Shown here one piece after another: positions 18,765 through 27,971 of a stretch of DNA of 64,000 nucleotides. The DNA is from a virus. The notes under the pieces are model-generated. The model searched no databases, was not told the DNA's origin, and was given only the letters and a program-made list of their open reading frames with translations. The DNA lies in IMG/VR virus record IMGVR_UViG_3300002835_000007, positions 25,748-89,747 of that record. One strand, 5' to 3'. The stretch's first letter is position 1; every line of letters begins with the position of its first letter. A program made the translations under genes and the position numbers.

Positions 18765-19568
18765 ATGAATGATGTTATATTTATTAATCAATATTTAGAT
18801 AAAAACTATACTGTTATTACTGGCAACCTTGATTATTTAATCAAGGATACTATAGATGATAAATCTATGGGGTTTTTAGATTTTAAAAAAGTTTTTATAA
18901 AAATATTTGGTGATTTTAAGTCAAGTGAAGAATCATCAACATCTATTATCATTTTAAATTCATGGTTTAATAATAAAAAAAGAATTTTAAATAAAAAACT
19001 ATTTGATTTATTTGATGAAGTTGATGATGGTAGTCTGAAAAGTCTTTTCCTATTAAATAAAATAAAAACTGTTTGTGATTCAGATTATAAATATGAATTT
19101 CACCATGATTTTATCACAAATGTGTTTATTGAATATTATAAAGATAAATACATGTTGCATAAATTAGAGAATTATGTTAAGACATTCAATACTGATTTTG
19201 GAAGTGTTAAAATGATGAACGATTTTCAAGATGATTTTATTTTAGAACATGAAAAAATAATATCATTCGCAAAAGAATATCTAAATAATTGGTATAGTGA
19301 AACTGTTATTGGTAGTAAAGTTAAAGATTTACTATCACAATTAGTATTGACACTAGGTTCTAGAAACTGGGTAGTGACTTGGATTGGTCATGGACCATTC
19401 AGCAAAAAAAGATTATTAGAAAAATTCATAAACGAAAGTACATATCATCATGATTACATATTAAATATGTATGACAAATGGTATGGAGATGCAGTTATTG
19501 ACGCATCTGAAAGAGTCATGGGAAGAAATCTAGGTATCTTTTCAAGTGGCAGAATAACATTACAATAA
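18765..19568 (+). CDS. hypothetical protein
   Basis: 267 aa ORF. Confidence 0.45.
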   Translation: MNDVIFINQYLDKNYTVITGNLDYLIKDTIDDKSMGFLDFKKVFIKIFGDFKSSEESSTSIIILNSWFNNKKRILNKKLFDLFDEVDDGSLKSLFLLNKIKTVCDSDYKYEFHHDFITNVFIEYYKDKYMLHKLENYVKTFNTDFGSVKMMNDFQDDFILEHEKIISFAKEYLNNWYSETVIGSKVKDLLSQLVLTLGSRNWVVTWIGHGPFSKKRLLEKFINESTYHHDYILNMYDKWYGDAVIDASERVMGRNLGIFSSGRITLQ

Positions 19569-19577
19569 AACTAAAAT

Positions 19578-19910
19578 ATGAAAACTATTATTAAAAAATT
19601 ATTAATTATAACCTTATCAATAGCATTACTATCATTTGATAATAAATCTGAACATCATTGCAAAGCAACGTGGTATGACACAGCACCACATCCAAGAGTA
19701 CATAGAAGCTATTCAACAGCAGCATTTAACATTTATCCAAGAGGAACATATTTATCAGTAACCAATAAAACCAATGGTAAAGTTGATACTGTTATGATAA
19801 CTGATATTCATGGTAAAGGTATTAACCACATTGATTTAAGTTTGAATTCATTTAAAAAGATTGCAAACCCAAAGGTTGGTGTAATAAACGTTGTAGTTAA
19901 AAAGTTATAA
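19578..19910 (+). CDS. RlpA-like double-psi beta-barrel (DPBB) protein, secreted/lipoprotein-like
   Basis: 110 aa; signal-like N-terminus, then ATWYD...HRSYSTAAFNIYPRGTYLSVTNKTNGKVDTVMITD, typical of the RlpA/3D domain. Confidence 0.55.
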   Translation: MKTIIKKLLIITLSIALLSFDNKSEHHCKATWYDTAPHPRVHRSYSTAAFNIYPRGTYLSVTNKTNGKVDTVMITDIHGKGINHIDLSLNSFKKIANPKVGVINVVVKKL

Positions 19911-19911
19911 A

Positions 19912-20277
19912 ATGAAACATTTTCTAATCGATATCGATGGAACTATATGTGATGATATAAAGAATGAAGATTCACATTTATACATAATAGCAAAGCCGAT
20001 AGAAGGTTCTATTGAACAAATAAATAAATGGTATGATGAAGGTCATACCATTACTTTTTTCACTGCACGTGAAGAAAAAGATAGAGGTCTGACAACATTT
20101 TGGTTAGATAAATATAAAATTAAATACCATGGTCTTATAATGGACAAACCTAGATGCGTCAACGATGATGATGAATACGTTTGGATTGACAACAGACCAG
20201 TTAGAGGTATTACCTATAAAGGTATCTGGGGTAATCTTAAAGAAGTTGTAAAAAAGATTTTAACTTTTGGTGATTAA
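19912..20277 (+). CDS. HAD-like hydrolase (possible nucleotidase)
   Basis: 121 aa; HAD motif I FLIDIDGTICDD. Confidence 0.45.
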   Translation: MKHFLIDIDGTICDDIKNEDSHLYIIAKPIEGSIEQINKWYDEGHTITFFTAREEKDRGLTTFWLDKYKIKYHGLIMDKPRCVNDDDEYVWIDNRPVRGITYKGIWGNLKEVVKKILTFGD

Positions 20278-20280
20278 AAA

Positions 20281-20311
20281 TTGTTTTATTAAAAATTTAT
20301 TCATACATTTG
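20281..20311 (+). promoter_or_regulatory. promoter with -7 TACATTTG and weak -33 (ATTG)
   Basis: TACATTTG 20304-20311; ATG 20332. Confidence 0.45.
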
Positions 20312-20331
20312 TAGAAACTAAATTATATTAT

Positions 20332-20880
20332 ATGAAGTATTCAATTAGAATTAGCGGATATGGTTCTGAGATAACCATAGGTGCCGTTTCAGAAGAAGAA
20401 AAAGCAATCCTTTCAAATACAGAAAAGGACTTACAAGAACTTGTATTTGAAGACCTAGAAGAAGTTTGTGGTTGGAGTGAGATTGATGACCAATTCCATT
20501 GCTTTGGTGCAACAACACCTTTTACAATTACAATTGAAGATGAAGAAGGTAAAGAGTTATATAAAATAGATGAAGAAAATATCTATGAATATGACACAGA
20601 AGAATTCTCATTGGTTGAGAATGAGTATCCAGAAATCGATGCAACACAAGACTTATTGATTTGTTACAGTGGTGAGAAAGGTTCTTTCTTCCTAGGGTAT
20701 GTTGAATTAGAAGGTGAGTTTGACATAACAAAATTAAAAATAGTTTTCTCCGATGTTGAAGTTGGTGATTTTTTCTATTTTGGCGATATCATTTCCAACG
20801 TTCTTTACGATGGTGAGGAATTAGATAACTGGGGTGGTGATACTAGTGGTAAATCATTTGACGTTCTTAAAAATTTTTAA
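20332..20880 (+). CDS. hypothetical acidic protein
   Basis: 182 aa ORF with its own promoter (20281-20311). Confidence 0.45.
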   Translation: MKYSIRISGYGSEITIGAVSEEEKAILSNTEKDLQELVFEDLEEVCGWSEIDDQFHCFGATTPFTITIEDEEGKELYKIDEENIYEYDTEEFSLVENEYPEIDATQDLLICYSGEKGSFFLGYVELEGEFDITKLKIVFSDVEVGDFFYFGDIISNVLYDGEELDNWGGDTSGKSFDVLKNF

Positions 20881-20881
20881 C

Positions 20882-22141
20882 ATGAGTTTATTAGATAGTT
20901 TTAAAAATACTTTTTTGTATTGTGATAAATACAAAACACATTCAGAAGCAGTAATTATTGCTTGTTATTTTAACCCACAAGGTAATCCTTATAGGAAAAT
21001 AGCGTTCAATAAGTTTTATGAATCAATTAAACATTTGAACCATAGAATAATTGAGTGCGTGATTGGTGATGCTGAAGCAGAATTACCAGAGAACAAATAC
21101 ATAAGTAGAGTTCATACATCTAATTTACTTTGGCATAAAGAATCTTTATTGAATAAAATCATATCTGAATTACCTAAGAAGTTTAAATACGTATTTTGGT
21201 TAGACACTGATGTATTGTTCACAAACAAAAAATGGTTAGTTGAAAGTGTTGAATCATTAAAAACTAACAAAATATTACAACCATTTGAATATTGTGTTCA
21301 TTTAGAAAAAGATTTGTATCAACCATTGTTTGATGTGGAAAAAGAAAAGAAATTTGTGGGTAATCCTACAACTAGACATCCAAAGATGTGGAGAAGTTTC
21401 TGTGCAAACCACAATACATCAAAATATATTTCATGTGACACAAACTATGACAAACATGGTCATGTTGGTTTTGCGTGGGGTGCTAGACGTGAAGTGTTAG
21501 ATGAAATGCCATTATACGATAAAGCACTTATAGGTGGTGCTGACCATATTATGGCACATGCTGCCGCTGGACAAATTGGTCACTCATGTATTACAAAAGC
21601 ATTTACTGATGACATTAAAGCAATTAATGATTGGTCTGTGTTGTTTTATAATGTAATCAATGGTGAGATTGGTTATGTTAAAGGTGAGTTGTACCATATT
21701 TGGCACGGTGATTTGGGTAAAAGACAATATTTAAAACGTATTCAAGACTTTACATCAAAAGCTAAAACTATTACTGAACGTGATGAAAATGGTTTGTTTA
21801 TCACAAAGAATGGTGATGATGAATATGTAAAACAATATTTTAATCATCGTGAAGATACAACTGAAGAAACATTAGTTGATGACGAAAGTAAGAATAAAAT
21901 AAGAGAAGAAGTACGCAAAAAACAAGCTCGTAATGTTCTTAGACAACAATACCCAGATGCTGATAATTCATTTATCGAATCTATGATTGTTGGTTATTTG
22001 AGTGATTCAACAATGTTGGGTACAGCAATAGGTGGTGATTTAACTGGTGCTATTATAGGAGACATGTTAAATTCCAATGATGATACTGATAAGTACAGCG
22101 GTGGTGATTTAAGTGAACATAACGAAGAAAACTTTTCATAA
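20882..22141 (+). CDS. hypothetical protein (possible nucleotide-sugar transferase-like, DxD-type LDTDV)
   Basis: Track start 20834 is a GTG inside the previous gene; ATG at 20882 (MSLLDSFKN...). 419 aa. Confidence 0.45.
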   Translation: MSLLDSFKNTFLYCDKYKTHSEAVIIACYFNPQGNPYRKIAFNKFYESIKHLNHRIIECVIGDAEAELPENKYISRVHTSNLLWHKESLLNKIISELPKKFKYVFWLDTDVLFTNKKWLVESVESLKTNKILQPFEYCVHLEKDLYQPLFDVEKEKKFVGNPTTRHPKMWRSFCANHNTSKYISCDTNYDKHGHVGFAWGARREVLDEMPLYDKALIGGADHIMAHAAAGQIGHSCITKAFTDDIKAINDWSVLFYNVINGEIGYVKGELYHIWHGDLGKRQYLKRIQDFTSKAKTITERDENGLFITKNGDDEYVKQYFNHREDTTEETLVDDESKNKIREEVRKKQARNVLRQQYPDADNSFIESMIVGYLSDSTMLGTAIGGDLTGAIIGDMLNSNDDTDKYSGGDLSEHNEENFS

Positions 22142-22144
22142 TAA

Positions 22145-22831
22145 ATGAATATAACATTCATAAGCGATACGCACAATCAACATAATCTTATCCCCAAAGA
22201 CTATTTGTCTGGTGGGGATATGATTATTCATGCTGGTGACATGACATCAAGAGGTGGTGAACATGAAATCGTAGCATTTTTAAATTGGTATAACGAATTA
22301 CCATATACATATAAAATACTGATAGCTGGTAATCATGATTTCTTTTTTGAAAGACCAGATAAAAAGATGATAACAAAACTATTATCCAAATACCCAAACA
22401 TTACTTATCTAAATGATAGTGGTGTTGAGATTGAAGGTATAAAGATTTGGGGTAGTCCAGTGCAACCTTATTTTGGTGGTTGGGCTTTTAATAGAGTTGG
22501 TGAAGAGATAAAGAAACATTGGGATTTGATTCCAAAAGACACAAACATCATTGTAACACATGGACCAATCTTTGGTTATTTGGATATGACGTTGGAAGGT
22601 GTTAGGACTGGTTGCGAGTATCTAAGAGAAATGTTACCAACGTTCACTGATTTAAAAATACATGTGTGTGGTCACATACATGAGCATTATGGTAGACATG
22701 AGTTTGCTGATGGTCAGTTGTTTCTTAACGCTAGTGTATTAAACAGACGTTATGAGATGCAGAATAGACCAATATTTTTAGAATATGGAAATAATTCTTC
22801 GTTAGAACTTGGTTATATTAAAAAAAATTAA
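22145..22831 (+). CDS. metallophosphoesterase (calcineurin-like phosphoesterase)
   Basis: 228 aa; motifs ISDTHNQHN, HAGD, AGNHDFF, VTHGP, GHIHEH. Confidence 0.7.
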   Translation: MNITFISDTHNQHNLIPKDYLSGGDMIIHAGDMTSRGGEHEIVAFLNWYNELPYTYKILIAGNHDFFFERPDKKMITKLLSKYPNITYLNDSGVEIEGIKIWGSPVQPYFGGWAFNRVGEEIKKHWDLIPKDTNIIVTHGPIFGYLDMTLEGVRTGCEYLREMLPTFTDLKIHVCGHIHEHYGRHEFADGQLFLNASVLNRRYEMQNRPIFLEYGNNSSLELGYIKKN

Positions 22832-22839
22832 TACATTTG
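22809..22839 (+). promoter_or_regulatory. promoter with -7 TACATTTG and weak -33 (CTTG)
   Basis: TACATTTG 22832-22839; ATG 22855. Confidence 0.45.
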
Positions 22840-22854
22840 TAAAAATAAATTATT

Positions 22855-23145
22855 ATGATGAATAACAAATACAAAGGGTTGCCTAGTGTTGTTCTATTGA
22901 ACTCTGAAGGTGACATACTAAAAGCATTTAAAACCGAACAAGGGTTTATGATTATGGACGAATATAAAGAAATCATTGCAACATTGAATCAAGATGAGTT
23001 GTTTGATTTTACACGTGGTAAATTAACACTTACAAACTCTAAGGATGAGTTCTTTGACTATACAACATTTTCTGGTGACATGAAACCAAATTTAAAGATG
23101 TTAGACGAGTTCATAGGAATAGATACTAATGGTTTAACTTATTAA
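22855..23145 (+). CDS. hypothetical protein
   Basis: 96 aa ORF. Confidence 0.45.
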   Translation: MMNNKYKGLPSVVLLNSEGDILKAFKTEQGFMIMDEYKEIIATLNQDELFDFTRGKLTLTNSKDEFFDYTTFSGDMKPNLKMLDEFIGIDTNGLTY

Positions 23146-23155
23146 AAATAGAATA

Positions 23156-23506
23156 ATGAAACAAAGAAGAAAAGCAATTGAAGGAAAATTGATAGGTGAG
23201 AGCAAGACCTCGCCTGGTTATTTTAAATACCAATTCACTATCTTAGAGTTAGATGGTACTACACATGAAATACCAGCATATGGTAAAGATATGGAAGATG
23301 CATTAGAACGTCTTGTATGGGTAGAAAGAACTGAAAAGAAACCATTCAACATTATGGTTATCACAGCATTGCTAACTATTATAGTCGTACCATCAATCAT
23401 TGCAGCGTTGACAAGTAATCCAGTTTGGGTATTGGGTGCATTAGGGTTGGCAATACTTTATGGTATTGTTATGGTAAGAGTTGATAAATACTTTAATAAG
23501 AAATAA
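23156..23506 (+). CDS. hypothetical membrane protein
   Basis: 116 aa; C-terminal TM helices. Confidence 0.45.
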   Translation: MKQRRKAIEGKLIGESKTSPGYFKYQFTILELDGTTHEIPAYGKDMEDALERLVWVERTEKKPFNIMVITALLTIIVVPSIIAALTSNPVWVLGALGLAILYGIVMVRVDKYFNKK

Positions 23507-23507
23507 T

Positions 23508-23705
23508 ATGTTTGACGGGTTAGCTACTTTACTTTTCGTAGGATTGGTATCCTTTGGTTTGTTGCTTATGGTAGGAGGGTATTTTTTGATTAATTATTTT
23601 TTTATAGAAGACACATATGAAGTATCAACACCCATAAAACCACAAATAAAATTGGTAACAGACGGAAAGACCGTTGACACCGTTTACGTATATAAATTTA
23701 ATTAA
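23508..23705 (+). CDS. small membrane protein
   Basis: Track start 23481 is a TTG; ATG at 23508 (MFDGLATLLFVGLVSFGLLLMVGGYFLI...). Confidence 0.4.
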   Translation: MFDGLATLLFVGLVSFGLLLMVGGYFLINYFFIEDTYEVSTPIKPQIKLVTDGKTVDTVYVYKFN

Positions 23706-23706
23706 G

Positions 23707-23901
23707 ATGAAATTAAGTAATAAAGTTTCGATTTGGGTATATTTCCTTGCTATGATTGCTGGTGTTTTTAATGCGTACCTATCTTATAAAGAAGGCAACG
23801 GTGATGCTGCATTCGCATGGATGGTATCAGCTGGTTTAGCTGGTGGTGCACTGGGTGCACATTTAGAAATTAAAGAAAATAAAGAAAACTATGACAAGTA
23901 G
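23707..23901 (+). CDS. small membrane protein
   Basis: Track start 23674 is a TTG; ATG at 23707 (MKLSNKVSIWVYFLAMIAG...). Confidence 0.4.
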   Translation: MKLSNKVSIWVYFLAMIAGVFNAYLSYKEGNGDAAFAWMVSAGLAGGALGAHLEIKENKENYDK

Positions 23902-24130
23902 AGATTTTGCATTCTGGTTGCAAGGCTTCTTTGAAGTTGCAAACCCAAGTACTATCGGCTCAAAAGAAACTGAATCGATTAAGAATCATTTAGCGTTAGT
24001 ATTTAAACATGAAATAGACCCAAGCATGGGTGATGAAAAACATCAGCAAATATTGAATGAAATTCATACTCCTAATAAATTTGATGGTTATTTAAGACCA
24101 CCTAATGAAGATGGTGTAATGCGTTGCTAA
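23891..24130 (+). CDS. hypothetical protein
   Basis: 79 aa ORF. Confidence 0.4.
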   Translation: MTSRDFAFWLQGFFEVANPSTIGSKETESIKNHLALVFKHEIDPSMGDEKHQQILNEIHTPNKFDGYLRPPNEDGVMRC

Positions 24131-24131
24131 T

Positions 24132-24326
24132 ATGGATAAGGTTGAAGTTATTGGATGTGAGGGTAAGATTTTTACACCTCACATCTTTTTAGATAGATTG
24201 GATACTAACATTACTAAAGGTGATTGGGTTGTATATTACGATGTTTTATATAAGTTTGATGATTCTTTCTTTTTGAGTAGACCAATAGTTGATTATAAAC
24301 AATTAATTAAAGTTAAATATGAGTGA
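24132..24326 (+). CDS. hypothetical protein
   Basis: 64 aa ORF. Confidence 0.35.
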   Translation: MDKVEVIGCEGKIFTPHIFLDRLDTNITKGDWVVYYDVLYKFDDSFFLSRPIVDYKQLIKVKYE

Positions 24327-24501
24327 ATTTCAAGTACACAATACTGCCGAATGTTCCGATGGACCAAAGTCTGGTGGTATAGTTTTAAAAGAATTTATCA
24401 TACGTTGGGATTACAACGGTGATGGAAAGATATTAGTTACATTGAATAATGAAAATGATAAACTAATACAAAGTATTGAACATGTAAAATCAAAAGCATA
24501 A
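24319..24501 (+). CDS. hypothetical protein
   Basis: 60 aa ORF. Confidence 0.35.
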   Translation: MSEFQVHNTAECSDGPKSGGIVLKEFIIRWDYNGDGKILVTLNNENDKLIQSIEHVKSKA

Positions 24502-25547
24502 TGGGAATCTGGGGTTTAATTGGAATGATAAGCGGTGCATTGGTATCAATATGGGCTGCATTTAAATTTATTATTGGTCAAAGTTTTAGATTAGATGATA
24601 ATCTTAGTAAGAATGTGCTGCCAATAGTACAAGGGTTAAAGTATAAGTTTGAGTTGAATAATGAAATTTCAATCAACAAAAGATACCCTAGCACATATAG
24701 TGCTTTTGCTTTCTTGGGTGGTATACCAATATACTTTACTAGAACTGAAAGGTTGTTAACTGCTGGTTGGCAATCAAAAGAATTAATTTCTGAAGTATAT
24801 TATTTCAGATGGCATCGTAAAAAGATTGAGAAAGTAATCAAAGATATTGCTGTTAATAAGAAACACACAAACGTTATGGCACTTATGCCATGGGGTTCTG
24901 ACAAGTTAGGTCAGATGACTAGGGAAAGTAACCCTAAAGTTTATATAGATGATAAACAATACAAGGATATTGAAAAGGATATTGAAGGTATCTTGGAAAG
25001 AAAGTCTGGTAAAACAAGTGCTTTATTACACGGAAAACCTGGTACTGGTAAGACAAGACTAATAAAATATCTGTCTTTGAAGTATGATTTACCTATATAT
25101 TCAATATTTTTGAATCCAGAGTACAATAACTTTGATATTTTAAGTATGTTTGCTGATGTACCAGAGAGATGTATTGTATTATTTGAAGATTTTGATAACT
25201 ATTTTAACAAAAGAGAATGCATAATGAAACATAATGAAGTTAAATTTACGTTCGATGTGTTACTTTCTGTGTTGGATGGCGTTTATAATGAATACAACCA
25301 AGTGTTTTTCGCTATGACATGCAACGATATTGAAAAAATAGATGATTCTTTGAAAGATAGACCATCAAGATTCAAGTTTGTAAGAGAAATTACTGGCCCA
25401 TCATACGCAAAACGATTAGAAATATTAGATGGGGATATAGAATTAGCCGAATTAACTGAAGGTTTAACTACTGATAAGGTATTCTTCGCTAAATCAATGT
25501 CTGGTTTATATAAAAATACTGAAATATTAGATAAAATAAAGGTATGA
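24501..25547 (+). CDS. AAA+ ATPase (BCS1-like) with N-terminal TM segment
   Basis: 348 aa; Walker A LLHGKPGTGKT and Walker B VLFEDFD; hydrophobic N-terminus. Confidence 0.65.
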   Translation: MGIWGLIGMISGALVSIWAAFKFIIGQSFRLDDNLSKNVLPIVQGLKYKFELNNEISINKRYPSTYSAFAFLGGIPIYFTRTERLLTAGWQSKELISEVYYFRWHRKKIEKVIKDIAVNKKHTNVMALMPWGSDKLGQMTRESNPKVYIDDKQYKDIEKDIEGILERKSGKTSALLHGKPGTGKTRLIKYLSLKYDLPIYSIFLNPEYNNFDILSMFADVPERCIVLFEDFDNYFNKRECIMKHNEVKFTFDVLLSVLDGVYNEYNQVFFAMTCNDIEKIDDSLKDRPSRFKFVREITGPSYAKRLEILDGDIELAELTEGLTTDKVFFAKSMSGLYKNTEILDKIKV

Positions 25548-25741
25548 AGATATTGAAAATAGAAGACCACAACTATAAAATCATCTATATAAACAATAAT
25601 GAAGTTTATAATGTGTATAGAAGATTAAGCAGCACTGGATGGGAAAAGTTTTCAGTTAATAGAAACAAATGGTACGCTGTTGAAGATAAAACAGATGTAC
25701 AAGAATTAGAAAAAGCATATGAAAATAGTAGCATTGGGTGA
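25544..25741 (+). CDS. hypothetical protein
   Basis: 65 aa ORF. Confidence 0.35.
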   Translation: MKILKIEDHNYKIIYINNNEVYNVYRRLSSTGWEKFSVNRNKWYAVEDKTDVQELEKAYENSSIG

Positions 25742-26423
25742 TACCCACGGAAGAGATAAATGGAAAGATATTGTAGCGAAAGAACTAGAATCTAGTGATA
25801 GGATAGTTTTTATTGGTGATTACTTTGATACACATGATGACGTTACACCAGAACAACAATTATCTAACTTCAATGAGATAATTGAATTCAAGAAAGCAAA
25901 CATAGATAAGGTTATCCTTTTAATAGGTAACCATGACTTCCATTATTTAAGTGGCATTAACGAAAGTTATTCTGGTTTTCAGTATGGTTGGTCTAAACAA
26001 TTTAATGAAGTTTTAGAGTCTGCATTAGCTGACGGGTTGATGCAGATGTGTTATGTATATGATAAGTATGTATTCACGCATGCTGGTGTTACCAACACAT
26101 GGTGTGTAACTTATAGTGTAAACAGATTACCTAACAAGATAGAAGATTCCATCAACAATTTGTTTAAAACTAATAAGTATGCGTTTTATTTCCAAATGGG
26201 TGAGAACTATAGTCAAAGTGGTAATGATGTAACGCAGTCACCTATATGGGTAAGAATTCCATCATTGTTCAGAGATGGAGTGGATGACTTTACGTTTGTA
26301 GTTGGTCATAGCACACTTAAAGAGCTGACTATCACTGATAGATTAATTGGTATTGACACATTGGGTGTGACTGGAGAATACTTAGTTATTAACAACGAAA
26401 AAATTACGGCAGAAATGCCGTAA
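25719..26423 (+). CDS. PPP-family Ser/Thr protein phosphatase (lambda-phosphatase-like metallophosphatase)
   Basis: 234 aa; GDTHGR, GDYFD and GNHDFHY motifs. Confidence 0.7.
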   Translation: MKIVALGDTHGRDKWKDIVAKELESSDRIVFIGDYFDTHDDVTPEQQLSNFNEIIEFKKANIDKVILLIGNHDFHYLSGINESYSGFQYGWSKQFNEVLESALADGLMQMCYVYDKYVFTHAGVTNTWCVTYSVNRLPNKIEDSINNLFKTNKYAFYFQMGENYSQSGNDVTQSPIWVRIPSLFRDGVDDFTFVVGHSTLKELTITDRLIGIDTLGVTGEYLVINNEKITAEMP

Positions 26424-26427
26424 AAAA

Positions 26428-26459
26428 TTTGTTTTAATCATTTTAATCTATTACATTTG
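26428..26459 (+). promoter_or_regulatory. Bacteroidota-type promoter (TTTG / 20 nt / TACATTTG); -7 box ends 4 nt before ATG 26464
   Basis: TTTG 26428-26431; TACATTTG 26452-26459. Confidence 0.55.
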
Positions 26460-26463
26460 CACT

Positions 26464-26670
26464 ATGGAAGAAAAAGATGAGATAGAATTATTACTAAAAA
26501 CACAATCGTTAGATATTGAAACCTTACGTAGGTTAAAATGTAGGTGTTTAAGTTTACGTGAATATGAATTAGCAGCAAAAATAATATTTGAGGAACGAAG
26601 GCTAAATGTTAGTAGATTAGAGAAGTTAGGACTAAATATAAAATCAAATGAAAACGATAGTAAAAAATAA
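26464..26670 (+). CDS. hypothetical protein
   Basis: 68 aa ORF; -7 box ends 4 nt before the ATG. Confidence 0.4.
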   Translation: MEEKDEIELLLKTQSLDIETLRRLKCRCLSLREYELAAKIIFEERRLNVSRLEKLGLNIKSNENDSKK

Positions 26671-27088
26671 GCGTGGGTACTATGAGTACACCATATTGGA
26701 GAAGTATGTTGCTGGAATCAAATTACAAGGTTCAGAAGTTAAATCTATTCGTTCTGGAAAGGTATCGATAGTTGAAGCATATTGTTTTATTGCCAACGAT
26801 GAAATCTTTATCAAAGGTATGCACATCGCAGAACACAAAGAGGGTGGTAAACATAACAACCACATACCAATTAGGGATAGAAAACTCCTTATGAATAAGA
26901 AAGAAATTGTTAAATTAAAACAACAAATTTCACAAAAAGGCTTGACTATTGTACCGTTAGAGGTTATATTAACTAATATTGGATTCATAAAGTTAGAGTT
27001 AGGTTTAGCCAAAGGTAAAAACTTACATGACAAAAGGGAGACAATAAAAGAAAAGGATTTAAAAAGAGAATTAGAACGTAATTTATAA
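26648..27088 (+). CDS. smpB: SsrA-binding protein SmpB
   Basis: 146 aa; colinear with bacterial SmpB (KNKRGYYEYTILEKYVAGIKLQGSEVKSIRSGKVSI...IPIRDRKLLMNKKEI...KLELGLAKGKNLHDKRETIKE). Confidence 0.9.
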   Translation: MKTIVKNKRGYYEYTILEKYVAGIKLQGSEVKSIRSGKVSIVEAYCFIANDEIFIKGMHIAEHKEGGKHNNHIPIRDRKLLMNKKEIVKLKQQISQKGLTIVPLEVILTNIGFIKLELGLAKGKNLHDKRETIKEKDLKRELERNL

Positions 27089-27110
27089 AAGTAAACTAAA
27101 AATAGAGAGT

Positions 27111-27971
27111 ATGAAACAAATTAAAATCGTAACAACAATTGCTAACATTGATGAAAATTCACTTAAATTTTATTTAAGAGATATCTATCAAGCAAAACCA
27201 TTCACAGTTGAAGAAGAATATGAATGTGCGTTAAGAGCACATAATGGTGATGAAAACGCTAGAGCTGAATTAATTTACCGAAACCTAAGATTTGTTGTTA
27301 CAGTTGCTAAACAATATTTAACTACAAATTTACATCTTGCTGATTTAATAAATGAGGGTAACATTGGATTGATATTGGCTGCCGATAGATTCCAACCAGA
27401 AAGAAATCTAAAGTTTATCTCTTATGCTGTTTGGTGGGTTAGAAAACTTATCGTTGAGTATATTGGTAAGAACGGTAAAATGATTAGATTACCATTCAAC
27501 AAAGTTCAATCAATGATTAAACTTAATAAAGTTTTATCTGAATTAGAACAAAAGAATGGTTACCATGTTAACGAATATGAAGCAGCAATCGAAACTAATG
27601 ATGAATCATTTAAATTGTTAGGTGAAATCAATTCAGTTAGAATGTTATCAATGGATAATCCATTGAGTGATGATGGTGATGGTTTAACGTTACATGAACT
27701 AATTAATGACCCAACAGCACAAACAACAGATTATTTAACAGTTAACTCTGATTTTAAAAGAGAAGTTAGAGAAAGTTTAAATATACTTAAACCTAATGAG
27801 AAAATAATAATTGAAGCTTTATTTGGTTTAGATGGTGGTGAACCTAAAACCTTAAAAGAGGTTAGTGAAATTGTTTTATTAACAAGAGAAAGAGTTAGAC
27901 AAATCAAAGAGAAATGTTTAATAAAACTCAGAGATAACAAAAAAATAATGGCAGCATATACTGATATTTAA
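27111..27971 (+). CDS. sigma70-family RNA polymerase sigma factor (SigA/RpoD-like)
   Basis: 286 aa; region 2 LRFVVTVAKQY...DLINEGNIGLILAADRFQPERNLKFISYAVWWVRKLI and a region 4 HTH (TLKEVSEIVLLTRERVRQIKEKCL). Confidence 0.85.
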   Translation: MKQIKIVTTIANIDENSLKFYLRDIYQAKPFTVEEEYECALRAHNGDENARAELIYRNLRFVVTVAKQYLTTNLHLADLINEGNIGLILAADRFQPERNLKFISYAVWWVRKLIVEYIGKNGKMIRLPFNKVQSMIKLNKVLSELEQKNGYHVNEYEAAIETNDESFKLLGEINSVRMLSMDNPLSDDGDGLTLHELINDPTAQTTDYLTVNSDFKREVRESLNILKPNEKIIIEALFGLDGGEPKTLKEVSEIVLLTRERVRQIKEKCLIKLRDNKKIMAAYTDI

